The notes under the pieces are model-generated. The model was not told where the DNA came from. It saw only the letters and a program-made list of their open reading frames with translations, and did not search any database. The position numbers and the translations under genes are program-made. From the human T2T-CHM13v2.0 reference genome, Homo sapiens, in assembly GCF_009914755.1 (NCBI RefSeq), contig NC_060930.1: DNA of 64,000 nucleotides, one strand, 5' to 3'. How positions within the stretch are numbered: position 1 is the stretch's first letter; each line of letters begins with the position of its first letter. Positions 16,011-31,139 of the stretch are shown here, one piece after another.

Positions 16011-16339
16011 TACAATTAGATTTTAGTTTTCTACAATGGAAAAATAAAAATATGAAAATTTTGACTCTAGTTCCTACAAAATGACAAATTTATAAATGTG
16101 GACATGAACAGCTTCGTAACATTTCACCTTGAACAGAAACTTCACTTCTACTTAATAGAGAAAAGGCCTTCTGGCAGGCCTTCCCTATACCCCAACCCCT
16201 ACCATCCAAACACATTTTCCCACTGGCGTATCTCGGTGGAAAAAGTGGCCCACTCTTGAGCTGTAATCCTCTGGAGTTCCTTAGGCCCCCAGGGACTATC
16301 ACTCTGCTCCGACACCGCAGATGGCTCCTTCTCAAGTGG

Positions 16340-17035
<696 letters not shown>

Positions 17036-17191
17036 GCTCCTTCTTAGCCATGATAAAGGGACAAGAATAAAATAAATTTCAAAATCTTAAACAATTATCT
17101 GTGGACTTACAGAATAAAATAAATTTCATCTGTCTCAGAAAAATATTAGATGCCTGGGAAAAATCAGAAAGTTCTATCAACTTAGGTGGAA

Positions 17192-17198
17192 ACACACA

Positions 17199-17230
<32 letters not shown>
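17192..17230. repeat. (CA)n microsatellite
   Basis: Seen directly. Confidence 0.95.
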
Positions 17231-17234
<4 letters not shown>

Positions 17235-17569
17235 TATAGGACATTCATTCATGACAAGAAAAGAAATGAAGGAAATTTATATATAAGAAAGCTGTAACAT
17301 CCTGATCTGTGGAATGAACAATGTAGCTTTCCAAATGATTCAATGGCAATAGCAAAATATAAAACAAATGTTTTGTGGATGAGTGTGTAGTAATGCACTT
17401 TATATTAGGAGAAAGAAAACACAAAAACAATGAAAAAAAAAGGAAAACTGAAGAATGGAACAGAGTATCTTCTAAGTTGTCTAGGAATGGTGAGAAACAC
17501 CACAGAGGAGCTTGAAAAAGATACAAGAATTTCAAAATCAGGTATTAAATAGGACTGAATAGAGATTCT

Positions 17570-17953
17570 TGTGAACCAAATGATATTTCCCCAAAATTCA
17601 CATGTTGACACCTGAACTCCTAATGTAACTGCATTTGGAGACAGGGGCTTCTAGGGAGATAACTAAGGTTAAATGGGGTCAGAAGAGTGGGGTTCTAATC
17701 TAATAAGACTAGAGTCCTTAGAAGATGGAAAGATGAAACCAGAGCGTGCTCTTTTTGCACAGAGAAGAGGCCATGTGAGGACACAACAAGAAGGCAGCCA
17801 CCTCCAAGCCAGGAAGAGAGGCCTCACGGGAAACCAATCCTGCTGGCACCTTGATCTTGGGACTTCTAGCCCCCAGAACTGTGTGAAAATAAGTTTCTGT
17901 AGTTTAAGCAATGAAGTCTGTGGTATTCTCTGTGGCACCCTGAATAGACTAAT
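17570..17953 (+). mobile_element. MaLR solo LTR (MLT1A-like)
   Basis: ccccaaaattcacatgttga...ggccatgtgaggacac...gctggcaccttgatcttggg...ccagaactgtg...tctgtggtatt. Confidence 0.88.
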
Positions 17954-18397
17954 GAAGAAATGTGTAAGTAAGTGAAATGAAGTCAGATGACTGAGAATGA
18001 AAAGGTCAGAAATTACAAAGAAGAAAGGACAGTAAATTTAGATAGAATGATAAAAGAACAAAGGAAAGGTTAAGCTCTGAAAAAAAGCACTGATAGCACA
18101 CAATCTTAATCTTTCTGAAGTGTACCCTTTTGGCCTTATTTCCAAGGAATCTATATTCTAGACTGATAAGGTGAATAAGGGAAGCAAGCCAAAGATAATA
18201 CAGCAGAGACAACGATACAATGGACTGTGGCAAACTGGAGAATGGATGACTCATCTAAAGGAGGCAGTCTATCTCAGCTCATTGATGGATGTCATCAAAG
18301 AATGTAGAGCTGTGGTCCAGAACTCTGGATTATTTTCAAGAAGTCAGAAATCTGTATTTCTTTTAGGTGAAATATGTAAATATCTGGGCAGCTAATT

Positions 18398-18442
18398 ACA
18401 CACACACACACACACACACACATACACAAACACACACACACA
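18398..18442. repeat. (CA)n microsatellite
   Basis: Seen directly. Confidence 0.95.
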
Positions 18443-20330
18443 AAGACCCCATGGATACTTGCTGGTCTGAGGGTATCCCAGGCACTGCCCTACTTTTGTG
18501 CCTTAGCTCCTGACTTCTAGGCCCTATTCTTCTTGTTTACCCCGTCGTGTCTATATGGTCTTAAATTCTGTCTTCATCTTTGGCTTTCTCTGACCACTAA
18601 AGCCCACTCTAGGAAGATCAGACTGTAGTGATCCTCTTTCTTCTTTTATCTCTCACAATCTATATACAATCTATCAAAAGGCTACCTTGAAAATACATAG
18701 AACATCTAGACCTTTGCTTGTAGCCCAGATAGAGTAGGAGGAACCACATTTACCTCTTGTCTAAAACAACAACAACAAACCTGAACAAAACACATGAAAC
18801 AACAATTTTCAAGATACTGAGCCACAGACGATGAAGATCTGCAAAAGGTCCCCCTCAAGTATCCAGCAGTGAACTGATGAGTGCACACATCTGGGAAAAT
18901 CACTTGAGGCCCGGAACAGTGTTTATTCCCACTAGCAATGAACAGAACTGTTCCCGAGGAAGCCCAGACACTGGCCTTACTAGACAAAGACTTAAAATCC
19001 GTAATTAAAAATGTGTTCAAAGAACTAAAGGAAATATGTATAAAGAACTAATGTATGAGCAATGTCTCATGAAATAGAGAATATGAATAAAGAAATAGAA
19101 ATTACACAAGGAGGAAGTAATACTAAATCTACACAAACTATTCTAGAAAATTGAAGAGGTGGGAATACTTCCCAACTTGTTCCATGAAGCCAGCATTATC
19201 TCCTCATCAAAATCAGCTTAAGATGTTACAAAAAAATTACAGACCCATATTTCTCATGAACAAAATGCAAGAAGTTCTAAAGGAAATTTTAGCACATCAA
19301 ATTCAACAAGCACTATCCTTTATAAAAAGGATAACACACCACTAAGTAGGTTTTATCCGAGGAACGCGAAGTTGGTTTAACATTTGAATATCAGTGTAAC
19401 TCACCATATTAAGAAATTTAAAAACAAAAACCATAGATTACTTAACTAATGCAAAAACATGTTTGAGAAATCAAACATCTATTCCTGACAAAAACTCTTA
19501 GGAAAGGGAAACTACCTAATAAAGGGCATTTATAAAAAACCTAGAATAACATCATACTTCATGGTAAAAGATCAAATGCTCCTATTCATTTCCCACATGA
19601 TCAGGAACAAGACAAGAATGTCTATTCTGACTAGTTTTATTCAACATTGTATTAGAGGTTCTACCCAGTGTTAACAGGGCAAAAAAAAAAAAAGAAAAAA
19701 AAAAAAAAAAAAGAAAAAAAGAAAGAAAGAAAAGGCGCCCAGATTGTGAAGAAAGAAAACTGTCTTTTATTTGCACGATTGTCTGTCTACACAGAATATC
19801 TCGTGGAATCCACTAAAAGCTATTACAACTAACAAGTGAGTTTAGTAGGTTCGCATAAAACAAGATCAACATACAATAATCAGTAGTATTTCTATAAACT
19901 AGCGACAATACCATTTACATATGAAACATGTAGGAATAAATCAACCAAAGACCTATACACTGTATGTCCAAGACCTATACATTGAAAACTAAAAAATGTT
20001 ACCAAGAGAAATTAAAGAAGTTGTAAATAAATGCAAAGATATATCATGTTAATGACTCAGATGATTGAATATTGTTAAAATGTCAATTCTCTCCAAATTA
20101 GTATCTGGATTAAATGCAATATCAATTGGAATATGCTATAGAAATTGATAAGCTAATTCTAAAATTCACGTGGAAATGGAAAGAACCCTAAATATTAAAT
20201 AGCCAAACCAAATTTGAAAAGGACAAAGTTGGAGGACTAATATTACCTGATTTCAAGACATACTACAAAACTACTCAGTAATTAAAATAATGTGGTAGTA
20301 GCATAAAGACAGAGGAATAGAAAAATAATG

Positions 20331-20847
20331 GGCTGGGTGCCTTGGCTCACACCTGTAATCCCAGCACTTGGGGAGGCTGAGGCGGGTGGATCACTTGAGG
20401 CCAGGAGTTTGAGAACAGCCTGGCCAACATAGTGAAACCCCATCTCTACTAAAAATACAATAAATTAGCTGGGTGTGGTGGTGTGCACCTGTAATCCCAG
20501 CTACTCAGGAGGCTGAGGCAGGAGAATCACCTGAACCCGGGAGGCGGAGGTTGTAGTGAGCCGAGATCATGCCATTGCACTCCAGCCCGGGTGACAGTGC
20601 AAGACTCCATCTCAAAACAAAACAAAACAAAACAAAACAAAACAAAACAAAACACCCAACATTAGCTTGTGTAGTGGTGTACGCTACTTGGGTGGCTGAG
20701 GCAGGAGAACTGCTTGAACCCTGGAGGCAGAGGTTGCAGTGAGCCAAGATCACGCCATTGCACTCCAGCCTGGATGACAAAGGGAGATTCTGCCTCAAAA
20801 CAAACAAACAAACAAACAACCCTCCCCCCAAAAAAAACCAAAAGAGA
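20331..20847 (+). mobile_element. Alu plus an extra right arm (left-right-right) within one TSD
   Basis: Dimer 20331-20650, (AAAAC)n, second right arm 20660-20820; TSD aatagaaaaataat at 20316-20329 and 20848-20861. Confidence 0.9.
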
Positions 20848-22089
20848 AATAGAAAAATAATAGATAGACCATAAACAGACCCACATATATATTAAGAGCT
20901 GATTTCAGCAAAGGTGCAAAGGCCATTCAGTTGAGACAGAGTTGTTTTTCAACAAATGATGCTAGAACAACAGGATCTCCAAATGCAAAAAAAAAAAAAA
21001 AAAAAGAAAAAGAAAAAAAAGAAAATAAACTCTGATCCAAAACTCACATCACATATCACACATACAAACTAACTGAAAACAATTCATAGTCTTAAATAAA
21101 AAATTATAAAACTTCTACAAGAAAATATAAGAGAAAACTTTAGTGGCTTTGGGTTGGCAGAGGTTTCTTAGATATTATACTAAAGCATGATTTGTAAAAG
21201 AAAAATTTTGGTAAACGGAACTTCAACAAAGTAAAAAACAGTTTGCTCTTCAAAAGTCACTGCTAAAAGAATAAAAAGGCAAAACACAGATCAGGAAAAA
21301 TATTTGAAAATCACATAGTTGATAAAGAACATATTTAGAATATATAAATGACTCTTAAAATTTAATAAAACAAATAACCTATTACAAATGAGCAAAAGAT
21401 TTGAACAGAAATTTCACCAAAGAAGATGTATGCATAGAAGGTAAGCACATCAAAGGATGCTTAACATCATTAGTTGTTGGGGATATGCAAAATCAAACAA
21501 CAATGATATATCTCTACATGTATTGGAATGGCTAAATTAGAAGGACTGACCATATCAAGTATTGGTGAGGAAGCAGAACTCATACATGTTGGTAGGACTG
21601 TAAAAAGGTAAAACCGTATGGAAAACAATTTGGCAGTTTCTTAAAAAGTTAAGCATAAACCAACTATATAGTCCAGCCATTCTACTTCAAGATGTCACCC
21701 AAGAAAAATGAAAGCATAACCTTCTTCAATGCCTCTTTCAGTGATATGATGTTAAACAAACAAAAAAAACCCCTATGTTCACACAAAGACTTGTATATAA
21801 ATGTTGATATTAGCTTCATTTGTAGTAGCCACAAAAACTTGTACATAAATGTTGACATTAACTTTATTTGTAGTAGCCGCAAAGTGGAAATGATTCAAAG
21901 GTCCATCCACAAAGGTACATGAATAAACAAACTGTGGTATTTAAAACTCTAGACAGTGAGAGAAAGTAGATCAGTGATTATCAGGGGATGTGGCTCAGGG
22001 AAGGGAAGAAAGATGTAGGAGGGCAAAATTACAAAAGAGCATCAGAAGTCTTGGAGAGATGGGTATGCTCATTACCTTAATTGTGGTGA

Positions 22090-22479
<390 letters not shown>

Positions 22480-22499
22480 TAGAAATATATATGCATACA

Positions 22500-23300
22500 T
22501 AAAATCTGACCTCTTTTCACTAACTTCATGGCTCCCACTTTTTTCCGAGGCACCACCACCAAGTCTCACCTGGATAATTTCAATATTATTTTAACTGGTC
22601 TCTCTGATTCAACCCTTGTCCATTAATGTCTATTCTTATCTTAAATGTCAGAGGGATTCTGTTAAATTGTTAGGTCACTTCCTGTGTTTAATGGCTTCCT
22701 ACTTCACTTGGTGTAAAAGCCAGAAGTCTTATAATAGTATATAAGGTCTTATTACTGTCTCTGATTTTATCCAATCTCTCCCAGTTTCTTACTCTACTCT
22801 AAAAAGCCTAATTTCCTTACTTTTCTTTGAGGGTAACAGGTATGCTTCTGCTTCAGGGCCCGCTGCACTTGTGTTCTACATACTCACATTACTCAATTCC
22901 CTGCCTCCTTCCACTTTTCTCAGGCCTTCTCTCATGCTCCGATTTACAACTGCAACCTTCATGTCTCCTTTCCTTTCCCCTACCCATGCTTTATTTTTCT
23001 CCATACTGTAGCACACATCTGGTATAATTAGACATTTTACTTATTTTGCATATAGGTAAATAAAATGTTAGCTCCTTATAGCAGGGATTTTTTATCTGTT
23101 TACTGCTGTACCCTCAGTGCCTAGAACACTGTGTGTGACACTGTAGGTGCTCAGCAAATCTATATTTAGCAAATGACTATTACGTGTCTGTCTTCCTTGC
23201 CACACTGGGCACTTCCACAATGTACAAGTTGTGTATCATATCATTCATCACTGCATTTCAGTACCTAGTATAGCACCTAGAACAGAGAGCAGATGATCAC
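22500..23300 (+). mobile_element. L2 3' region
   Basis: tctcacctggataa...ctggtctctctg...cagtgcctagaacactgtgtgtgacactgtaggtgctcagcaaat. Confidence 0.8.
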
Positions 23301-26300
23301 ATTTTCCCAATTGGACTGATGCTCACAAATGAACTACTGACACCTTCAAAGGCTAATCCTGACCCTTCCTCTTTATGGCAGTAGCATCGAGGTCTAGGAC
23401 AAGACCAAATTCTTGATACAGACAAATAATGTTTGCTCAGGCTCATGTAAAATGCTGGGCAAATACAGCAAGACATGTCTCCTGGCCCCACCTTCCAATC
23501 ATCAGATGCCCTCAAGACACTCACATTGCATTCTTCTAGAGCCACAATCTCTATCCTGTTTTTTTCTCCCACTGCAATTCCCCAACTCCAAGACACTAAT
23601 CAGTCAGTCTCCTCCCACTCTCTCCCCTCTCTTCATAGCCGTATGCTCCTTTAAACTAGTTCTTTCCCACATCACATCCAAATGCCCTCCCATGAGGCAG
23701 ACAAAAACTCAAGCCTTACCTTTATCTAGAGGCCTTCTCTAGCTATGCATATTCCTCCTGCCTTCTCATTCAGCTCTCTTCTGTAATTACAATTTGCATC
23801 ACATCATTTTGCACCTAATTATATAATTGGTTGCCTTCTAAATGCTTCTTATTTCTATTTCCTCATCTGACCTGTAATGCTTCTTTAATATCTCTCAATG
23901 CATCTAGCTCACTGCTGGGCACACTGTGAGGTCACACACATGACAATAAATGCCTTTAATTTTAGAAATTGGGGGTAGGATGAGGATTAAAAAAAGGCAG
24001 AAAACGGATAATAAAAGTAAAAATTTAGAAGAAAAGTGGCAAGTAGCAGGATTATTTTAGAAAAAAAAATGTGGACTATAAACTACCTCCTCATAAAGAG
24101 AAATGAAAGAGCCTGGAATGGTTATTATAAAGATGGAAAAAAATATACAGTGGAGTGACAGGATGCTTGGAATTGACATTTATAGCCGCACCATATTAAG
24201 AAGAGATTTCATTCATTTAGTTCAGATTTCAGGGTTAATAAGACTTTAATATGATTAACTATATGAATTAACCTCTCTCTGAACAAAGCTGTTAATGAAA
24301 TAAAGGTTGCTATGTTAAAAAAAACCCAACAAAATTCAATACAGGCTATATTAGTTAACTATGGAACATTAATACTACTTGTTAAGGATGACAGCATATT
24401 TATAGCAGCCTCATTACCAACTCTGACTTAGGCAGCAGATAATATATGAAGAACATCACAGGGCATGCGGTACAAAATGTAGAAGTTTAAGATTTTCAGG
24501 AAAATACTTTTGTTAAATTAACCAATAGAAGTTTCTTCTAGATACCTTAAAAAAGAGAATGTAACTTTACTAAAATGTGTATAAATTGCTTGCATAGAAG
24601 TGACTGACATTTCTCAAAAAAAAAAAAAAACAAAAAAACAAGACAAGAAATTCAAGTGGAAAGTAGTAAGAGGCTGTCTATGTGGCTCATTTACATATAT
24701 TGGTCAACCAACTAATAAGCAAAAGTTACAAACTCAAAGGCAGGGCTGCAAAGAAACAAAAAATTAGCCTCTGTCCATTTACTTGGGTACAAGAAACTCA
24801 TTTAGGTAAATCAAAGAAATGACTTCTTTGTACATGCTGGGCTCTAGTGTTTCCACCATCAACTCGCCTACAGTTTTCAAGTCATGAGAAATCTATCTTA
24901 ATTCATCCTTACTTCTAAGAAATTGTAAGTAGGGAAAGTCCAAAAGCTTTAGATGAACTTGGGCATTTAGACATATCTGAACTTCTCATGAAAATTTTTA
25001 TTTTCAGAAGCATCTTCAAAAAGAGAAGCTGAGCTATACTGACATCCTTTAGAAGCTGAGATGTTTGTGAGGTTTTATTGAACTTTAATCTGGAGGGCAT
25101 GACATGGATCTCTGTATCTCGTGAAAACTGGTATGAAATGTAGACCGAGTGAGGAGTATGTAGGAGACATTTTTTCATTTGCGTAATATTAAGTAAAAAG
25201 TTCTAAAAATTTTTATGAAATATGTTCAAAGACACCAAGAGCACTGTTCCCATGATGTGTTAAACATGGTCATTTTTTTTTGGTTGTTGAAACAGTCTGT
25301 GCTTATTGTTTCTAGTGTATTTTGTTGTTGAGTATACGCTCCTTAGGGTCAGTGACTGTTTATCTACTATTATGTAAAATTTTAAATGTCCAGAGACTGG
25401 AACTAAAAACATATCTGACTGATAACAGTAAAACAAGAAACTATAAAACCTGGAGAGATTATAGAAAGAATTTCTAAGGTATCTTCTAGATCATGATTCT
25501 GTGACTCTTAAAAATTACATTTGTCTTTCATCTGTACAATGAAATACTGTCTTGTTAAATGCTGCATGATTTTATTAGACAATTCCTGTAAATAACTGTC
25601 ATCTGAATCAGAATTTTTGTACTGGAAGAGACATATTATTCTTCAAATTGCCAAAGCATATAGCAGGGTTAACTTGAACAAATATTTTCCCCAAGGAAGC
25701 TCAGCAGGGATTGTCTGTGTGCATGTGTGAGTAAGCAAGCACCCAGCAATGTACGTGGGGGTGGTGGTGATGGGATGGGAGGGTATGATAGCTAAGCTGT
25801 TCAATGCTGTCACACTTCCGTTATATTTTGTTAGTAATGTAATTTGAATATAAAGTTTGGACATAATGTTAGGTCCAAAAGATAACTGAAAATGATAAAA
25901 ATTGAGAAATATGTTGGGAATGTTTTGATGTAAAATTTTTTTTTGAGGCAAAAGAGTGACTTTTGATGGGTACATTAAGTGACACAGCAAGTACTAATTA
26001 AAAATATAAAAACTTTCCAGAGTTCTTTTAAAATAAATACTTCAAAATAAATTACCCAAATACATTAAGCATTTATAGAAAATATATAATGACAATGTTC
26101 TGCTTATTAGCTTTTTTCTTAATGCTTCAAAAAAGGCATTCATAATTTTACTTTTAATACACGTTCACTTGTTTTCAGTTAATGTTATTTCAAAATAGTA
26201 CTCAAATAAAAATAAATGACAAAATAGGTCCTCTAAAGTTTTGTGTGATACTAGTTTAATAGGATTTCTTATAACTTTGTAATAATACACATTCTCAGAG

Positions 26301-26320
26301 TCCAACTATTAAAATATTCA

Positions 26321-26669
<349 letters not shown>

Positions 26670-26787
26670 CTATCTGAAATTTAACTTATAGTTTGATAAT
26701 GTTATAAAAATAAGAAATGGAGAAATTATCCTTAAAAGAAAACCCCAACCATTTATCACTGCAAATTATTTTGAAGAAGTTGCTTAC

Positions 26788-26846
26788 TGTGTCATAGATT
26801 CTGAGCCTAGTCTGAAGTCCTGGGACTTGTTCTTATTGATTGATTG
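26788..26846 (-). CDS. AHI1: AHI1 coding exon (59 bp, phase 0 to 2)
   Basis: QSINKNKSQDFRLGSESMT(H). Acceptor ttttcctcttcttccacag|CAA, donor ACA|gtaagc; frame continuous with both neighbours. Confidence 0.95.
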
Positions 26847-28282
26847 CTGTGGAAGAAGAGGAAAAACAAGTAGTAAGTAAAAAATGAGAAAAGACAACAC
26901 AGTCAATATTCACATGCTGAAAACCCACCAACTTCCTGAATGGGGAGAGAATATGCCTGTTCTGAACAGGAATATCTATGCCTGTCCTGAACATATATTG
27001 TCTATCAGGACAATATATTTGCTCCCATGAAAAACCAAGGAAGTAGTTCTCCAGAGAGTTCAAACACTCATTTATAAGTAAAGTCAGCTTTCAGGTATGT
27101 GACCAAAAAAAAAAAAAAAAAATCAGTTGTGAATCAGTTTAAATTAATCTCCCAATACAATGTGGTATATTACTTAAGCTCTAAATATATCTTTTAGCCT
27201 GCATCTTTCCTTCATATTCTTTATAGTATACTCTATATTTTCATAGTAATACACATTGATCTGTATGCAAGAGTTTGAATTTGAAAGCTCTTTAAATCTA
27301 CAAAATGTGTTCAGTATATCTTGTTTTATTAATGGCACCTTCGTGAGAAAAACAATAAGCACTTTCAAGGGTACCAAATTTTACCCTGAGCATCGGATAC
27401 TTCCTTTAGAATCTGAAACATTAACTTCATATTAAAGTATACTGTGGGAAATTGAGTTTGATATGATATATAATCTATAAATCAACCTAATGTTGCTATA
27501 AAACGAATTGCAATTTTTTTTAGAGATAATCACGTTATGGAAAGGATTCGTTTAACACTCACAAAGAAAATATAAATTGTTACTATGTTTAAGTTCAATA
27601 ATATACAAATGAAACAGATATACCATATGTTCCTAATTATTTCAGTAATCCAGAAAACATAAAAACAAAATGAAATGAAAGAAAAGGAATACAACCTTCT
27701 CTTTCAGTCTTGTTTGAGTAACTGCTTTCCTGGTGTTATCTCTACTGAAGCTTGTTTGGCCTTTTTAGATTTCCTTCTTCACAATCAGATTTCTGCAAGA
27801 TCATTCTTCAGCAAGATTTGGCACTATCTTTAAACAAGCATTACTTTTCTTACAGATTTCAAGAGGATATTATGCTTTTCTGGACCATAATTATATGATT
27901 ATTACTGCTAGCTGTAGAGCTTTAAGTCAAGCATAATAAAAACAAGAATTAAAGAGCAAGGAGACTTTTTGGTGAAAGGTGAGTGTTGCAACAGGTGACC
28001 CATTTGGTAGAACAACAAAAGAACCCATGACATCTTAATTTTTCTCCACCAGTGGAATTGCTCTGACTCAGTTAAAACGTGTTTGGGAAAAAAGTACATA
28101 CACACGGGAAATTTCAGATTCAACTACTAATTCAGACTGCCCTCATCCAATAGAACAATAAGCAAAGAAAATCATCAAAACCTCAGAAAGCACCATCATA
28201 ACAGAAATTATCCTGTTTCTTTCCAGACTTGTGAAATAAATTCTAAACACAGCAGTCAAATTAAATGTGAAATGTTTTATTC

Positions 28283-28444
28283 TTTTCTTTTTTTTAAGAG
28301 ATTGGGTCATGCTTTGTTGCTCAGGCTGGAGTACAGTGGCATGATCGTAGCTCACTGCAGCCTTGAACTCCTGGGCTCAAGCAATCCTCCCGCCTCAGCC
28401 TTCTGAGTTGCTGGGATTACAGGTGTGCGCCTCCATGTCCAGCT
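28283..28444 (-). mobile_element. Alu monomer (AluJ right arm or FRAM-like)
   Basis: Single reverse arm with gatcgtagctcactgcagccttgaactcctgggctcaagc. Confidence 0.85.
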
Positions 28445-30339
28445 ATTCTTTACAAGGTCTCAGTATCATTTTTCTCTCTTTGCCCATGGCAAGACCAGCA
28501 ACTTACCATCAATATAGGTATATATGAAACTTGATAAAACTTTTCAAAAAACTCAACATTAAGGGCTCTAATCAGAAATTCTCATCAATTTGAACCTATT
28601 CCAGAGGTTGAGGGGAGAGAAGTCATACTGAACTATATACCAGTGTTAAGCCAATGTTACTTTTAATTATTTTTTGTTATCCTGAAAAATGAATAATATG
28701 TTGCCATGTGCAGGTCTTGCCAATTCTGCTAAGTCTGTTCATGTGAAATGGATGCTGTGATATCCTCAGAAAGTTTGTCTTAGGTATGTTAAACATGGTC
28801 CCTGCCATCTTTTCTACTGTGTATTCCTATCACTGGCATACCCAAATCCTTTTTAATGATGCAGAGGCAGCTTAGCCTGTGTTCAAATTATATGAATCCT
28901 AAGTTAGAAGGGGGTCCACATTACAAAGTTTACCACTTACTTGAAAAGGACACTTACTTAACTAGGACCAATATTTGACTTCCAAACACCTTTACTCACT
29001 CATTCCTTGGTCTCAGCAGCAGCACGTCATATAGGTAGTTACTCATGGAGGCAGAAGCAGGGGGAAGAAGGAGGTGTCTCTGTGAGCTGTTTTGTTTTAT
29101 TTTACCTTTAAACGAAAAAGCCCCCAAGGCTGGTGTTCAATCAGCCCGCAAATAACCCCCACCATCGACAACGCCAAAGAACATGACTGCCCTTCTTTCC
29201 ACACACACTTGTTAGAAAGTTGTTTTATGACTTTGTTTCCTCTTCATGGATATCATTGATTTAGAGAGGAGGGGATGAAGAGAGGAAAAACGAGCAAAGA
29301 AAAAGTGACGAGTGAAAGGACCAGAATCTAGAGACTTGCGCTTTCCAAACCCTCACAACTTGTTAGTGATGCTTTTAAATTTAAATGCAATGATAGTTAA
29401 CATAAAATAAATGATTAATGGAATGATTAAATGCTTCCACTGATTATGTGGAAATTTATAAGGAAGAAAACAACTCATAGATAGCTTTGTAAAAGAGAAA
29501 GGGGCTATGCAAACAATTCCCCCAAATATTTTTATAAACTTGAAGAATGAATATAAAATTAGGTTAATGTTCAATTAATGTATGTTACATCTAGCACACG
29601 AGACTTAAATAAGGCAAATTTATGATACGGTATAGTTCTATTTTTACATGCGGCTTATATACCTCATGATAGATATACCTTTTCCATATAATTTCATAGT
29701 TTGTTTATATCTACTTTGTAGGAGTTTTTAAAAAAAGGATGTGAGAGAGGAAAAACAACTAAAGTTGGTGGTTCAATTCTTGTCTTGGTTCTGTCATTAA
29801 CTCTGTGTGGCCTGGGTAAACCACTTAGCCTCTCTTGGGGTCTTTTTTTTTTTTCACTTGAAAGTAGGTGAGGGTTCAAAATAAAAACATAAGCATCATA
29901 GCACCATTCTCTTATTTTACAGACCAGGAATTGGAGGCCCAGAGTTACCAAGGTTATAGAAGTAGTCTGAAGGTTATACTAGTGTTTTTCAAACTGATTT
30001 AATGGCAAAACTATTTTCAATACAATTTTATTCAAAAGGCTCATGTATAAATATGTGAAAGAAGAAATACTCTGGGTGAAACTAGGTTTGCATGGCCTGG
30101 CACCCCCTGCTTCCCAACCCTATGCCCCCAGATCCCTGAGGAATAGGGCTCTGTAAATGACAGTTTACAAACTACTGGAGTATACAAGCTCTAAACAAGA
30201 CTAGAAAGGTTTCTTTTATTGCTACAACTCTGTTTCCGGGAGCACAATTTTAGGATTTTAAATATTCACATAAGTTTGAAGTTTTCTTTGACTTTAGAAT
30301 GTATGTATGTATATATTTGTTTATTCACTTACTTTCTAA

Positions 30340-30640
30340 TTTGAGACAGGATCTCGCTCTGTCACTCAGGCTGGAGTGCAGTGGCGTGATCATAGCTCAC
30401 TATGGCCTTGACCTCCTGGGCTCAGGCTAACCTGTGGGCTCAGGCCAACCTGTGGCCTCAGTCTCTTGAGTAGCTGGGACTACAGGTGTATGCCATCATG
30501 TCTAATTTTTTTGATTTTTTAGTAGAGATGAGGTTTCACTATATTGTCCAGGTTAGCCTTAAACTCCTGGCCTCAAGCAATCCTCCTGCCCCAGCTTCCC
30601 AAAGTGCTAGAATTATGGGCATGAGCCACTGGGCCCGGCC
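30340..30640 (-). mobile_element. AluJ with small internal tandem duplication
   Basis: Reverse dimer; tgggctcaggc(t/c)aacctg occurs twice. Confidence 0.9.
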
Positions 30641-30778
30641 TGATTTCAGAATTACTGATAATGTATCTGGTTTACTTGATGTTAAATCCTCCAATTATAA
30701 TGCTCTTCCTTAAGGGAAAAAATTCTTCTGTATTAAGATGCAGTTTCTAGAAGCATACTGTAACAAAAAGTGAAGACC

Positions 30779-31115
<337 letters not shown>

Positions 31116-31139
31116 TTAAAAACAATAATAAATACTTAT

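Noticed and set aside
21692-21922. ORF with repeated SHK.LYINVDI.FICS
   Set aside because: A 48-bp tandem duplication within a decayed L1.
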